A stretch of DNA of 63,886 bases, filler included, from Reclinomonas americana ATCC 50394 (taxonomy: Eukaryota): assembly GCA_048213135.1 (NCBI GenBank). It is 20 parts of 20 records of this genome, joined end to end, with 100 filler letters (N's around TTAATTAATTAA, not from the genome) between each part and the next. Parts side by side here need not be neighbours in the genome. Positions count along the whole stretch, not along the records: positions 1 to 3,543 come from AFZH01023985.1; positions 3,644 to 6,766 come from AFZH01023988.1; positions 6,867 to 8,342 come from AFZH01023990.1; positions 8,443 to 10,684 come from AFZH01023991.1; positions 10,785 to 12,344 come from AFZH01023992.1; positions 12,445 to 14,022 come from AFZH01023993.1; positions 14,123 to 15,854 come from AFZH01023994.1; 13 more parts are not named here. One strand, written 5' to 3'. Made by a program: the position numbers and the translations under genes. The notes under the pieces were generated by a model. That model was not told the origin of the DNA and made no database searches. It saw nothing but the letters and a program-made list of their open reading frames with translations. Positions 1-14,335 of the stretch are shown in pieces; position 1 is the first letter of the stretch, and the number at the start of each line of letters is the position of its first letter.

Positions 1-3000
1 CTTGTTGGTACCATGGTGGTGTGACTGGCTGACCTTTTGTGTGCAGCTGAAGGGTACTTCTCGGTCTTGCATATTGCGGTCGCTGCAATCCCAAATGCAG
101 CAGGCCCGGTCGCGGGAGAGGCTGACGCAGAGGCTCGAGGTGCGTTTTGCGTGTTCGACTTGTTGGTGTTGCGCCATTTGCATGGATGTCTTACAATTAA
201 CACACGTGCAGCCTTGATGAACAACTTCTGGGGTTCGTTCCGCAACGCACTTTGTCTTTGCGCTCTGTTTGTGGGGGAGCCCGACGCCAATCACGAGACA
301 CACGAATGGCTTGCCACTCTGCCCGTGCTGTCCGACATCATTGGCATCGATGCCGAGATGCAAGCGAAGCTGGATGACGGCTTCCGTGGCACGAACAGCG
401 TGCTGCGCAGCATGCTCGCATTCGTTGCTCGTCTCACGTTGCTCCAATGTGGTGCGTGTGTCTCTCCAGCTGCGCCGATTTCGCTCGCTGTTCTTCCTGC
501 ACTTATCACCGAACTTGGAGTAGACTTTGACCGAAGACCGGCCGTCGACGCTGCATTCGTTGCGGTGGCCGAGGAGACGCTCCGTCACCTCAGTGCTGTG
601 TTTGTGGAACAGCGTCGACAATTGAGTTGCGTTAATCCGTGCGAAGTCAAGCTGGTTACATTGCACCAGCTAGCAGTGTCTCATCATCAGTACTGCTCGT
701 GACCATTTATAGGGAAAGCGTGGAGGGCCGTGCTCCACGTTGCCACAGCAGCGCAAAAACGCCACTATTCGCCGCCGATTCCTGCTGCACCCACTGCTGC
801 TGCACCTGCGCTGGAGGCGATGGGTGCGTTGTCGCGCGTGTGCTTGCATCCCAGGCCTGGATTGCGTGACTGAGTTTTTGTAATGTGTCATGCAGACGCT
901 GTCGACTGCCAATGTGATGTAATCTCCCTCTACTCATTCCGCTGCGAGGACGATTTGGTGGCGATTGCTGGTCGGCTGAAGCAACTTGTCAAGACACAAT
1001 GCGACAGCCGCGAGAATGTGTCAGAGTCGAAGCGGCTGACACTGCGCAAACGGCGGTTGGTCTTCCGAGGCCTGGTGGCCACCATCGCTGATCGTGCACT
1101 TCCACTTCAACTGGAGCGTGGCGGCGTGATGCATCCAACTGTTGACTACACTCTTGACGACCTTCACGTGTTCTCCGCGACTCTTCAAGAATTGCGCGTG
1201 CCACACGATGTGCTCGTACAAGCGGCGGCCTCGGCGGCGATCGCAATGGCAACGGCGGTGGAGGATGGTCATGACGACAGTGACACCGATGAACTGGACT
1301 TTACTGCCGCTGCCGACAGTGTGGCGGACGCTGTAGAGGAAGGCGCCGACGTGGCTGCGACAGGGCACGCCGAAATCGACATTGACGACGGTGATGAGCT
1401 GGACGACAATGACGACGGCGGCAGTGGAGACGAGGACGAGGAAGGAGAGGAGGCAGCGCCACCTGCTGCTCCTGCTGCTCCTGCTGCTGCAGGGAGTGCA
1501 TGCGCACCGCAGGCGAAGAAGAAGAAGACAGTCAAGCGCGATGACACGGCTGGTGTGTTCATTACGATCGATTGATGCACTCCGTGCTGCACGATACACT
1601 TACTTCTCGTTGCTCGTTGCTCGACGCATGCGCAGTTGTCTCGGCGCTGGCGTTGCTCGCTGATCTCACGCACCAGTTGAATCGCGCAGCGCGGACGCTT
1701 CTGGTTCACAGTGGCGCACGTTCTCGGGTGTCTATATCTGGTGCTCCCGAACTGGACTCCAACATCGAGGAGTTGCTGCGGGCGGCATCGGTGGACTTTG
1801 GTGCCGAGTCGGTCGACACGCTGACACCTGAACTGTGAGTCGTTGTTGTTCTCGTTGGTGCATGCTGCTCAATCGCCCTTGTTGCAATTGTCTCACTGTT
1901 TCGTTTCATATTTGTTCTTTTCAGTCGCACGTGCGTGAGGCGTTGCCTGGAACGATGCCGGAATGATTTGTGCATGTCCATGCGTGCTGATGTCGAGACG
2001 CTCTTGGCCTTGTCGCATGAACGTGACGTTGCTGCCATCGTAGCTTCGGAGAAGCTGGTCGCCCACAACAGGCTTGTCCTGCTTCGAGCACGCCGTGAAC
2101 AAGGGCAGCAGAGGCCAACGTGCGCAATGCGGTCGCCAGTTATCGACTGTAGCGCGTGGACATCGCGTGGAGAAGACATTCACCGCTGGAGGTCGTCGAC
2201 AGATGCCGCTGAGTTCTTGCGTTCGTACGTACCGGGTGTGCGACTGCAGGACGCACAGCTCACTGCCCTGGCACCACTTGTTGTCTCGTTTGTGCGAGGT
2301 GAGTTGTGTGTCTGTTCGTTGTGTCAGTGGTGCAGCGAGAGAGTGTGGGAGATGAAGGGTACCGCGCCCGATGTTGGTTTTCGTTTCTTTGGAAGTCATG
2401 AATGTCGTCTCCTCTCAGCGCACTGACGGTGTTGTTCTCTAGGTACTGCTGCTCGCCTTGCCGCCGCACTTGACCCACACGACATTGCGCACGTACGAAA
2501 ACGTGAACTGCACATTGTGTCGCACCTCATCCGCTGTGCTGTGTTGGAGGTGGAGGAAGGAGAGGTGCAGGAGCGCCGACTGTGGCCTCCGGCCCTGGAC
2601 GGCGCCGACACTCTGATGAAGTTGGAGGAGACTGTGGTCGCGTCGACGACATTTGCTCGCTCGGCAAAATTGGTCGACAAGCTGGCATGCGAGGTTGTAC
2701 GAGAGGCGATACATCTCCTGCGGCCATTTATCGCACCTGCAGTGGTTTACGGTGGAGCCAGCGTTGCTGGGCGTTTCCAACGAATTGTTGGCGTGCTTGA
2801 CGAGTTGTGGACCCACTCGCTGTCTGTCAGTCGTTTTGTGAACGCGCATCTGTTCCACGGCCGTCCACGTGATGGAGGCGCGGCACCCGGTGACGGAGAC
2901 GGAGGCATGGTTGCAGATGTTGAACAGTCACTCAAGAGACTGACGGCGTTCACGGATCACGAGTACGACGAGTTTTGTGTGACGAGGGCGAGTCAGTCGC

Positions 3001-3543
3001 TGAGGGGACTCTTGTTGTCGCTGTTGGAAACTGTTCCAGCTGTTGTGCACACGCTGGTGGCACGTGCACCCGGTGGCGCCAATGCCGACGCACGCCTGTC
3101 AGTTCTCAACGACGTGCGTCAGCTGATGGTCTCGGCTGTTTACTTCGCTGGTGTGGCGTTGCCCGGCACCTCTGAACAATTTTCGGCTGCGGCATCTCTC
3201 TGTGGTGAGTACATGTATCTCCAGCAGCTAGCTCCGTCATTCACTCACTTTTCTTTGTACACATACAGAACAACACTTGGACGCGTTTGAGGCGGAGTGG
3301 TTGATCAAGAGCGACTCGGTGGGTCCAGCAGCAAGCAGTGCCGCTGAATTTCTGCACTCCGTCTTGTCCTGGCTCTGTGTCGCATTCGAGAGAGAGGCAC
3401 AGTTGCTCGCTGCGCTCTACAGCGACCGCGACATCGGCGGCAAGCCGCTCATTTACACGCAGCACGGGGGCTCCAACTTCAATTCCCGGACTCGCCGCCT
3501 TGGTACCAAGAGCTGCACAGACGAAGGTGAGAACGCATATATA
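1..3543 (+). CDS. Partial multi-exon eukaryotic gene, large mostly helical protein of unknown function
   Basis: Long + strand coding blocks (ORFs 37-702, 883-1575, 2517-3290, 3277-) are linked by GT..AG introns that restore frame, e.g. 626-712 (GTTGCGT..TATAG) and one starting near 3205 (GTGAGT..ACAG). Acidic tract DDGDELDDNDDGGSGDEDEEGEE followed by a KKKK basic patch. No family recognised. The last ~60 nt may be read-end noise. Confidence 0.5.
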
Positions 3544-3643
3544 NNNNNNNNNNNNNNNNNNNNNNNNNNNNNNNNNNNNNNNNNNNNTTAATTAATTAAN
3601 NNNNNNNNNNNNNNNNNNNNNNNNNNNNNNNNNNNNNNNNNNN
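3544..3643. other. Artificial contig linker (N44-TTAATTAATTAA-N44), first of 19
   Basis: Identical 100-nt spacers with stops in all six frames start at 3544, 6767, 8343, 10685, 12345, 14023, 15855, 18317, 21813, 33626, 36782, 38718, 40828, 43466, 48429, 51516, 59575, 61107 and 62580. Confidence 0.98.
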
Positions 3644-3685
3644 CTTGATTCTCATTTGGCGTACGCGTTGCGTTGGATGTTACAG

Positions 3686-4933
3686 ACAAATTTCCTTCTG
3701 TCTTCGTCTATGGACAAGTGCGTCCGATTGTGGCACATTGCGGAGAGCAGCTGTCTCGCCAAGTTCGTACATCCAGATATGGTTACAGCTGTGTGCTTTC
3801 ACCCAACAGTGCGTTCCCGCGACGTAGTTGTATGGTTATTTGTGTGATGGTTTCCGTCTGGTGCCTGACTGCCTCGACGTGAGCAGGACGACGGACTTTT
3901 CCTTACAGGTTGCTTCGATGAGTATCTGCGATTGTACAAAGTCGTTGGCAAGGAGCTTATTGATTGGACTGAGACTCGTGGTATTATCACATCAGCTCGC
4001 TTCAAGTTTGGTGTGGCGTGATAACTGCGTTTACCCAAATGTGGTGGCTGATTGCGCTTTTGTGCAGCGCCGATGGATCACTCGCCGTGGCCGGTTCGCA
4101 CAATGGACAGCTGAGTTTTTTCAAGATGCCGGTTCGTGTCGGAACGTGGCCTCGAGCACTTATTGTTACTTCCGGAACTCATTGTGTCGCAGCATCTGGA
4201 GTTTCACACTAGAATTGATGTTCGGTCTCGCCGTGGTCGCAATGCGAGAGGTCACAAAATTACAGGATGCGATCTCGTCGGCGGAGAACGAGTGCGTATC
4301 GGCCGTTGTTGTGCATGCCGTCTGCTCAATTATCTCACGGTCGCTGGATGTATGTGCAGGTTCTCGTGACAACAAATGACTCACGGATACGACTTTATAA
4401 CCTTGCCAATTTTTCGGAGACCTGCAAGTTCAAGGGGTACACAAATCACGACAGTGTTATCCGCGCGTCACTGAGGTGCGGGCGTTGGAAGCTGGTTAAC
4501 GGATTCTGTTGTGTCCGATTGTTGACTCCCCGTGTTGCAGCCCACGGCATCGATATATTATCAGCGGCTCCGAAGATCGCCGCGTTTACATCTGGAATAC
4601 GACGAATGCTCACCAAGCGCGAGGTGGTATCTTTAGTCGGTCCAGAAATGACCGCAATGACTCGTTTGAATCGTGGATTGGTACGCATTTGCTTCCCGAT
4701 GGCTGCTCACAGCTGATGGTGCCACCCACGTTTGCACGATGCTGTTTGCAGCGCACAGACACACTGTCACTTGCGCCAGGTTTGCGCCTGTGCGCCCCCC
4801 GAGCGTCGACGAGCAAGTGGTACCTTCCGCTACTGCAGATGCGGGCGAAAGCCCACTTGGCTTGTTGATGGTCACTGCTGACAGGCGTGGAGAGATTCGC
4901 GTGTGGCTCAATTGTCACGCTCCTTCTTCTTGA
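3686..4933 (+). CDS. WD40-repeat protein, WDR44-like, 3' part (7 exons seen)
   Basis: Spliced product TNFLLSSSMDKCVRLWH..FVHPDMVTAVCFHPT|DDGLFLTGCFD..RSRRGRNARGHKITG..|VLVTTNDSRIRLYNL..CKFKGYTN..IISGSEDRRVYIW. The LVTxNDSRIRLY and KITG motifs are typical of WDR44. Stop TGA at 4931-4933. Confidence 0.85.
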
Positions 4934-5004
4934 CGTGAACCCGACGACCATTGCGTCGCAGCCATAGCGTTCACTCTCACCAATTCTTTCGCCTCTTGCT
5001 TGTA

Positions 5005-6603
5005 TCAAAATGATTTGCTGGTGAATGCGGCAACGCCGTTCTCGGAGTATTCCTGGCGGGAGACCCACATTTTCTGGAACGTCTCAAGCGCCGCCAACAC
5101 CGATCCACCAATCCAAGTCGTGTACTTGCACTCCGGAGGAACCTGCAATACCAGTCCTGCTGTGAGTGCAATGATCGTATTGGTCTGTGAAGTTGCAATA
5201 GACCTTGATTTTGATTTTCATGTCACGGGGAGCGAGCCGACGCATCTCCGCGAGAAGGCGATTCGGGAAGTCTGCAAAACAAAACTGTATGTCGACGAGA
5301 AGGGCACAAAGTTGTGCATTGCAAGCCACTCCACCTTTGAGAAGGGTGGTTCCACCGGCAAGGAAGATCTCCTGATATAGCGTTCGTCGGAGATCGAGAT
5401 CCGCCTTTTGAATACACGTGTTCAGGCACTCCTGCACACCCATGTACTCCGAGCCCATTAGCGATGGACTGAACAAGACTTCCGGTGCCTGATGTCGCTC
5501 CTCGCAAATCTATTGCACGAGCAGCACATTGATTGCATGAATAGCCATGATTCGCGCACCAACCGGCCACTCCACCCCCCCCCCCCCCCTGCCCCTTCTC
5601 TCCCCCACATCGTGAGTGGAAGAAGGAGGGGAAGAAGGGCGAGGGGGAGAAAGAGAACAAGGAACGAAAAGATGAAGGAAGAAGAGAAGAAAGAAGAAGA
5701 GATAACAACGGTGGGAGAAACGGTCGCCTACTCACGGTGATCTGCCGTCCATCCGGAAGCCGGTAGTCGACAGCTTCCGGTCGAATGTCGTCGGAGAACG
5801 AATGCGCAACACAACAAGCCTCTTCCTTGATGATCCTTACCACTTCACTGCAGCAAGAAGGACACACGAAAAGTGAGTGTATAGCACATGGAGCAGCAAG
5901 ACGGCTAAATTATTCGTCACTCACCGCTCGGCAGTGGTGTGGAAGATGTATCCGGCTTGGCGGAGAAGAAGCACAAGCTGGTCAGTGACATCGCGGCCGG
6001 CAATATCAATGCGTGTCACTGCATGTGGTATGGAGTAGCCCTGATAGACAGGGACAGCGTGCGTGACGCCGTCGCCGCAGTCGAGTACGACGCCTGTGGT
6101 CTTGCCACTTGCATACCTAGTTTGATCCACAGCAAGAGGTGAGTACACAATTTGGGTAAAACAATTGATGCGGTAGCGTTGTGACGCAACAAGCTGAGGA
6201 TAGCCTGGAGTGAAAAGAAGAGCGCAGGAACGTTCATCTTCTCGAACATAATCTCCGCAGCTTTCTCCCGGTGTTTGCGTGGATTGAATGGCGGTTCTGT
6301 CAACAACACTGGGTGCTACAGGAATTGTATCAGCGGCAGATGCGTGTAGGTACAGAGAGAGGGATTTTTGCTGTTAAGGAAACATGCAATAACTACGACG
6401 TCACCTCAGCCGCTGTCACACCAAGCTGATCGTAGGTGTACTCCCACAGGTGCTCCAGATCTTCCCACGACTCAACGATGCCGTGGTTGAGTGGATGACA
6501 GATTTTGAGCACACCACGCATCTCCTCCGCCTGCTTGCCGACGTAGCACTCGGCCGCGAGACCAGTTGTGATCACAGCCTTCTCATGTTTGGGATATCCA
6601 ACA
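5005..6603 (-). CDS. ARP1: Actin-related protein 1 (centractin, dynactin Arp1), 5' end missing
   Basis: Spliced product [112 protein letters not shown]. The [16 protein letters not shown] and KMWVS forms fit Arp1 rather than conventional actin. Confidence 0.85.
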
Positions 6604-6618
6604 CTAATGTCAAGCATG

Positions 6619-6763
<145 letters not shown>

Positions 6764-7842
6764 GAGNNNNNNNNNNNNNNNNNNNNNNNNNNNNNNNNNN
6801 NNNNNNNNNNTTAATTAATTAANNNNNNNNNNNNNNNNNNNNNNNNNNNNNNNNNNNNNNNNNNNNTCATATCACACTAACCGGGAAGAGCTCACACAAA
6901 ATGCCCGGGATCCAACCTATGTTGGCAGTCTCGATGAATTGTGGGCTGAGCAGCTGCGGGCGCGTCAGGTATTGAGTGACATGATAGGTGTCCACGTGAC
7001 AACTCGTAGGCGCAGTTCCCACCGACGACACTGACGTGATGATGTCTTCCGCAGCTGACTGCGTGGCTTGCGTCGACGGCGCAGTGTGCGTTGCGTCTAA
7101 CTCGAACACGGCAGCTGACAAGTGCGGTCAGTTAATTGTGTGGGTAAGACGGAGCGGAACAGATTATCTGTGATCACACCTGTATGGGAGGTAGATTCGT
7201 GCAGAGGCGCACCTAGCGACGGCAGCAGGTGATTGGCGGCCAACTCTCGCATTACAAGCACAATCTGAACACCAAATGTGGGTCGATTACCACCGGCACA
7301 GCGATTCCCCCAGAGCAGCTTTGCCACTCACCAACCCGAACTCTTGCAGGTCGTCCTTGTGTTTCGCATCAAGGGTGCGCTGAATATAGAGCAACAGCCG
7401 AGACCAAGCATCGGCGTAGAGTGCTGTATGCTGGGTAACATAACCGGCGCTATGGATACAGCTGATGAGAAAAAACAGACATCAGTGCAGGTGGGACTCC
7501 GTCGTGCTCACCGAAACTCGTCACCCGACAACACTGGAGAATCTGGATTCGCCGACCACGGGGCAAGCAAAATGCGGAAAAGCTGAAGTCCTCGTGCAAA
7601 TGAGAGCTCCTTCGGCCATTCTCGGAATGCGTGCACGAAAAAGTGATACGCAATTGTGCGCAGTGAGCTGTAAGAGAGTGAGCAAATCTACGCTGCAGAT
7701 ATATACAGAGCAGGCGCGCTCGACGAAACTGCCAAGAGGCTGCAAGACGCATTGTCGATGGCAGCGCTCGACTTGCGTCGCGTGCTTGCATTCCGGCAGC
7801 CGACGGGAACGAGCGATGCGCGACAAAGAACCGAACGAGTTG

Positions 7843-8313
7843 CTCGGTCATGAATAGTGATGCGCGAATGTTCTCCACGTAGTGTTCGTCGCGCGCCTGG
7901 AATATCGAAGGGAAGCGTCAGAACAACGCAGAAAGCAACAACGATGCTCAGACAACGGCTCTGCTCAGATGCATATACAAAGCATGTCATACCTTTCGAG
8001 GATCCATGTCGTACGAGTTGAGCCACATGTCGCACATGATCTGCACTGCCCGCACGCCGTGGTCGCGAGTGGCGTTGTGCACTGCTGCAGAAATACCTCT
8101 GCCATAGGAGGGCATAGAGGGCTCGACCTCCGGGAAAAAATCATCCAGATACTGAAAGAGGAGTGTAACATACAGGTCGCGACGGATCCCGTGCTTGCTT
8201 CTGGGTGCCGGATATGCATACGGAAACATGAGATCAACCACATGTGGGTCGATCTCCGGTGTCACGAAGCCGGGGATTCCCGGATACAGCGGTTGTCCTC
8301 CTCTTGTCTCCAC
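7843..8313 (-). CDS. Fragment of an unknown multi-exon gene
   Basis: ORF 7987-8313 (..FPYAYPAPRSKHGIRRDLYVTLLFQYLDDFFPEV..DPRK) ends at a GTATGA donor. A downstream CTGAC..CAG acceptor continues in frame as ARDEHYVENIRASLFMTEQL. No family recognised. Confidence 0.4.
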
Positions 8314-8466
8314 TCGGTCCTCGGCGGCGACTCCACCGCCAGNNNNNNNNNNNNNNNNNNNNNNNNNNNNNNNNNNNNNNNNNNNNTTAATTAATTAANN
8401 NNNNNNNNNNNNNNNNNNNNNNNNNNNNNNNNNNNNNNNNNNACGTCGACGAACAAAACAAATAAC

Positions 8467-8529
<63 letters not shown>

Positions 8530-8550
8530 GAACAAACACAGTGCACTGAC

Positions 8551-8942
8551 CGGCAGCATAGTACGCGGCAGACTGATGGCGTGCGTACCCTGCGCTCCTC
8601 CGTTGCTGCGCAGCGTCTGCAGCAGAATACCGCGTGCAGACAGCAGCTGTTTGAGGGCGCGTCGCAATGTGCGGTCAGTCACCGCCTTGTCGAGCCAGTT
8701 GCTGCAGGCAAACACAACCAAGTCACACTCCTGTTTCTTTGCGCGCCCATTCTTTACCTGCACACACACACACACACTTACCGTGCATTCTCAAACCCAA
8801 ACATGCGACGAAGAAAGTGTTCCAATGGAGGCGCCAAGCCTCGCGCAAGCTCAGAGCGCCGCGTCTCCAGCAACTCCTCAAAGTGCACGCACACTTTGAG
8901 TGCATCTTGCTCCTCGCTCACAAGTCGCAGCAACTGATCCAT
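8551..8942 (-). CDS. SMPD4 (nSMase3)-like protein, N-terminal two exons
   Basis: MDQLLRLV..HFLRRMFGFENAR|NWLDKAV..ALKQLLSARGILLQTL..ISLPRTMLP resembles, by eye, the SMPD4-family N-terminal pattern (IFG..GW..LLSPxGxL..FPxxxLP). Intron GTAAGT..CCTGCAG restores the frame. Confidence 0.5.
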
Positions 8943-9052
8943 GGCGTGCACACTCGTTGCGCGCGCGCGTGTGTCGGTGTCGTTGTGTGTGTGTGTGGGA
9001 CAAGTCCTCACAACTTCTTTATTACGTTGTTGTTGTTTGTGTCACATCAAGA

Positions 9053-10502
9053 ATGGATCCTCACGTGCTCAGTGTGCAGTCGCACGTTGTGCGTGGATAC
9101 GTCGGCAATCGCGTGGCCACACTGGCCCTGCAAGTGCGTGCTGATGTTTTTTTGTGCGCTTCATTTGAGCTCGTGTGCACAGTGTCGCGTGCAGATGCTG
9201 GGAGTGGAAGTGGACCCGCTCAACACTCTGCAGTTCTCCAATTCGACGGCGTATGCGTCGTTTCCTGGGCGCAGTTTGGACGCGGATGACATGATGCGAC
9301 TAATGCAGGGCTTGACAGAGGTGAGCTGTCCTCTGTGTTTTTGCTCCCTCACTTACTAACTTACTCACTCATTGTGTGTGTGTGTGTGTGTTAGAACAAG
9401 TTTCTGGCGGATTATACGCACCTGTTGACGGGCTACATTCGGCAGCAGTCGTTTGGATTGCAAGTGGTCACTCTGCTCGATCGCATTCGCCTCGAGTCGC
9501 CCTCTGTTGTCTATCGTGGCGTTCTTCTCTCTGTGAGTGTCGCACATACGCGTGGCGTGCCACTCATGGAGTGTGTGCAGTGTGCGATCCCGTGTTGGGC
9601 GACAACGGCAAGTGCTATGTTCCCGAGGAGGTTGTGGAGTTGCAGCGCAGCACGCTGGTTCCGCTGGCCGATATTATCACCCCGAATCACTTTGAGTTGA
9701 CGTTGCGGAGCAAGTGGCCTGTTGTTTGTCTGTGTCGTTGTGGTGGCATTCACTCGTGATGTCAGTCTGCTGGTCGGTGGTGACGAGGCACGCACTGTAG
9801 ACGAGGTGTTTGCGGCGGTCTGTGTGTGTGTGTCTGTGCGCAGATTTTTTTCTGTTTTTTGCTCATAGAGTTCGCGCTGCTGTGCAGTGTGATGTGTTGC
9901 ATTCCCGTGGACCACCGTATGTTATTGTGACGTCGGCGGAGCTGGAGTCGACTCCTGGCGTGTTGACGCAATTCGTTGCGTGAAACATGTTGCATCTCAC
10001 GTTTGTGACGAGGACGGTAGGCGATGCTGACTGCGCGCGCATGTGTAGATTTCATGCCAACCGAACCGGGCGGAGCCACCGCGGAGGTGCACCATTACCT
10101 TCCCGAAGCAGGAGGGCGTCTTCAACGGGACCGGAGACTTGGTGAATCCGTTGGTCGCCATCGTGTGTGTGTGTGTGTGTGTGTTGCTGGCTGACTTCCG
10201 TGATTGCCTCAGTTTGCGTCGTTGGTGTGCGGCTGGTGTGCACTGAGTGGGGAGTTGTCCACCGACACACTCGTTGCAGTTGCGTGCTTTTTGTTGTTGG
10301 CGGCGATGGGTTTCCGTGTTCTGACTGCACTCGATGACAGGCCTGTGAGAAAGCAGTGACGGCGCTGCAGGATGTGCTGCGGGTCACTCGCGAGCGTGCA
10401 CGCGGTCGTGAGCTGCAGTTGGTGGCGGCCCGCGCTCACCTCTCCGAAGGTCGTGTCGATTACCGTGCAGAGCCATGGATCCCACCATCGTCCCCTCAGT
10501 AA
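9053..10502 (+). CDS. PDXK: Pyridoxal kinase, complete, 9 exons
   Basis: [74 protein letters not shown]. All hallmark PdxK/PdxY motifs are present. ATG at 9053, TAA at 10500-10502. Confidence 0.93.
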
Positions 10503-10784
10503 AACAGAGAGAAGCAAAAACACACCATCATTTAGAGGAACTACATTATGCGGGAACAGCGTGCGCATCAGGAGAGGCGTCGGATTTGGTGCGGCTGACA
10601 GCCGTCGCCGCGGTCGGCGACGTGGGCACGCTGCGCAGTTCCTCGAGGAGCTGCAGGTAGGCCGCTGTACTGGTTCCGGTCCCANNNNNNNNNNNNNNNN
10701 NNNNNNNNNNNNNNNNNNNNNNNNNNNNTTAATTAATTAANNNNNNNNNNNNNNNNNNNNNNNNNNNNNNNNNNNNNNNNNNNN

Positions 10785-12344
<1,560 letters not shown>

Positions 12345-12587
12345 NNNNNNNNNNNNNNNNNNNNNNNNNNNNNNNNNNNNNNNNNNNNTTAATTAATTAA
12401 NNNNNNNNNNNNNNNNNNNNNNNNNNNNNNNNNNNNNNNNNNNNGGCTGCTCCGGCGCACGTGCATCTGCAGGCATGGCCTGCAATGGTCATCACCAGTA
12501 CAACGAGTGAGCATACTTGGCAGCAACCACGTTTCTTCCTGCCTTCTCACTCACTTCGTCTCTCTCTCTCTCTCTATATATATATAT

Positions 12588-14022
12588 AGCTATCGCGCAG
12601 GCATACCGGCATGTCCGCTTCGTTGCGAACGCGAAGACGCTCGGCTGACGCGGACCGCGACCGGAAGAGTGCCCTGTCCGCCTGTTTTAGAATATCCTCG
12701 ACGTTTGTTGTGGCGCGCAGTTGCACGGCACCAGCGGGGGCCTCGCCGATCGAATTCGCAGGCTGCCGTGGCAGACATCAGATCGCTGTAAGTGCGATTG
12801 AACAGAAAAACAAACTCACCGATCCACTCTGCACCAACGAGTCCGAGTCTAACAGGCGCCGTGTATCCACCAAGTCCGGGTTGCACTTGAGCAAGTCAAG
12901 CAAGCGCTCCCGACGATCGTCAGCTGCACAAGCAACGAATGAGCACGACAAGCGAGAGATTTACATACTGCGATGCTACACCGACCCGTGGCAGCTTGTG
13001 AGGGCGTCTTGGGTGTGCGCGGGGTCCTCGGTGTGCGCGCTGACCGCGGGCTCACTATTTTCTCTGCAGCAACACAAAAAAAGACGTCAACAAAACAAAG
13101 CATCCCGTTGCTGCCTCTCCATGCAAGTCCACGCACCGGACGTCATGTAGAGCGCGGCGAGGTCGGTGAGACGATTCGAGAGCGCAGCAGGCTCCGCCAC
13201 TCCACCAACATATGTGCGCGGGCGCGGTGACCGATCACGGAATTTGTCCACCATTCGCTTCGGCTGCATGGAAGCCACACGAGGCAAGTTGTTGATCTGC
13301 CATCAACAACCCCGTGAGCATCTATGTGCTCTCTCGCTCCGCCACACAAGGACACATACGTACCCGCGGTGTTGCACCAGCAGACCCGACTCGCCGGTTG
13401 GAGAGCGCTGTCGGACTCAGATCTGGTAATTGTAAGTTGCGGTAGGAAATTCACAGAAAGTCACTACACACTCATAAAGAAACAAACCCTTGCCAAGCTG
13501 TAGCCGAAGAGACGGCAGCGATGCGGCGGTTTCCGTGCGAGCGCCTACAGCACACGACAAAAGTGAGACGTGTGTTCGCGGAGCAAGAGCACAGCTGCAC
13601 ACACACCGTCAACTGCACTCTCGTACACCGACGCAGGGGTATTTGAACTGTGCAGCCAAACGTATGAGAACACCGAATCACGCACTCAGAGCAAGACAAG
13701 TAACACCACACGCAACTTGATGTTCGTGAGAACTCGCTGGCCATCGCGGGAAAACGGTGGGTAAACAGCCGTCGGAGCGCTGCACATCGACAGTCAACAA
13801 TCGGGGGAGGGGAGCACACGAAAAATTACAGCATCGACCAAGCGCGGAACACGCAACGACTCGCATCGTCGTGGACATGACAGCACTTCCAACCTCGGCG
13901 TGATGCCACGGAATTTTTGACGACGCTTCAACAGCGTCTGTTCATGAGCCTCTAGGCGACGCTCAGCGCCCTGCACGTCGGCCTTGGAGCTGCGCATTGC
14001 ATGAGTCTCCCTCAACAAACAT
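12588..14022 (-). CDS. Internal exons of an unknown multi-exon gene (second allele/paralog; same exons in 10911-12344)
   Basis: Minus-strand exons such as LRETHAMRSSKADVQGAERRLEAHEQTLLKRR, SPRSARTPRTPRTPKTP, DDRRERLLDLLKCNPDLVDTRRLL and NVEDILKQADRALFRSRS are bounded by GT..AG introns. Differences between the two copies cluster in the inferred introns. Confidence 0.45.
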
Positions 14023-14123
14023 NNNNNNNNNNNNNNNNNNNNNNNNNNNNNNNNNNNNNNNNNNNNTTAATTAATTAANNNNNNNNNNNNNNNNNNNNNN
14101 NNNNNNNNNNNNNNNNNNNNNNG

Positions 14124-14276
<153 letters not shown>

Positions 14277-14335
14277 TATTGTCGGCGGCTAGGAAGTGGT
14301 GCGCGGGTCACTCATTATTGTATGCGTGCGTGCAG

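Noticed and set aside
3588..3599. Recurrent TTAATTAATTAA as a biological repeat or CRISPR-like array
   Set aside because: It is always centred in exactly 44+44 Ns, so it is an artificial six-frame-stop linker. ORFs ending ..XXXLIN are artefacts.
8758..8781. 24-nt micro-intron GTAAGT(GT)nGCAG
   Set aside because: Using that acceptor gives an immediate stop. The downstream CCTGCAG acceptor near 8703 keeps the frame.
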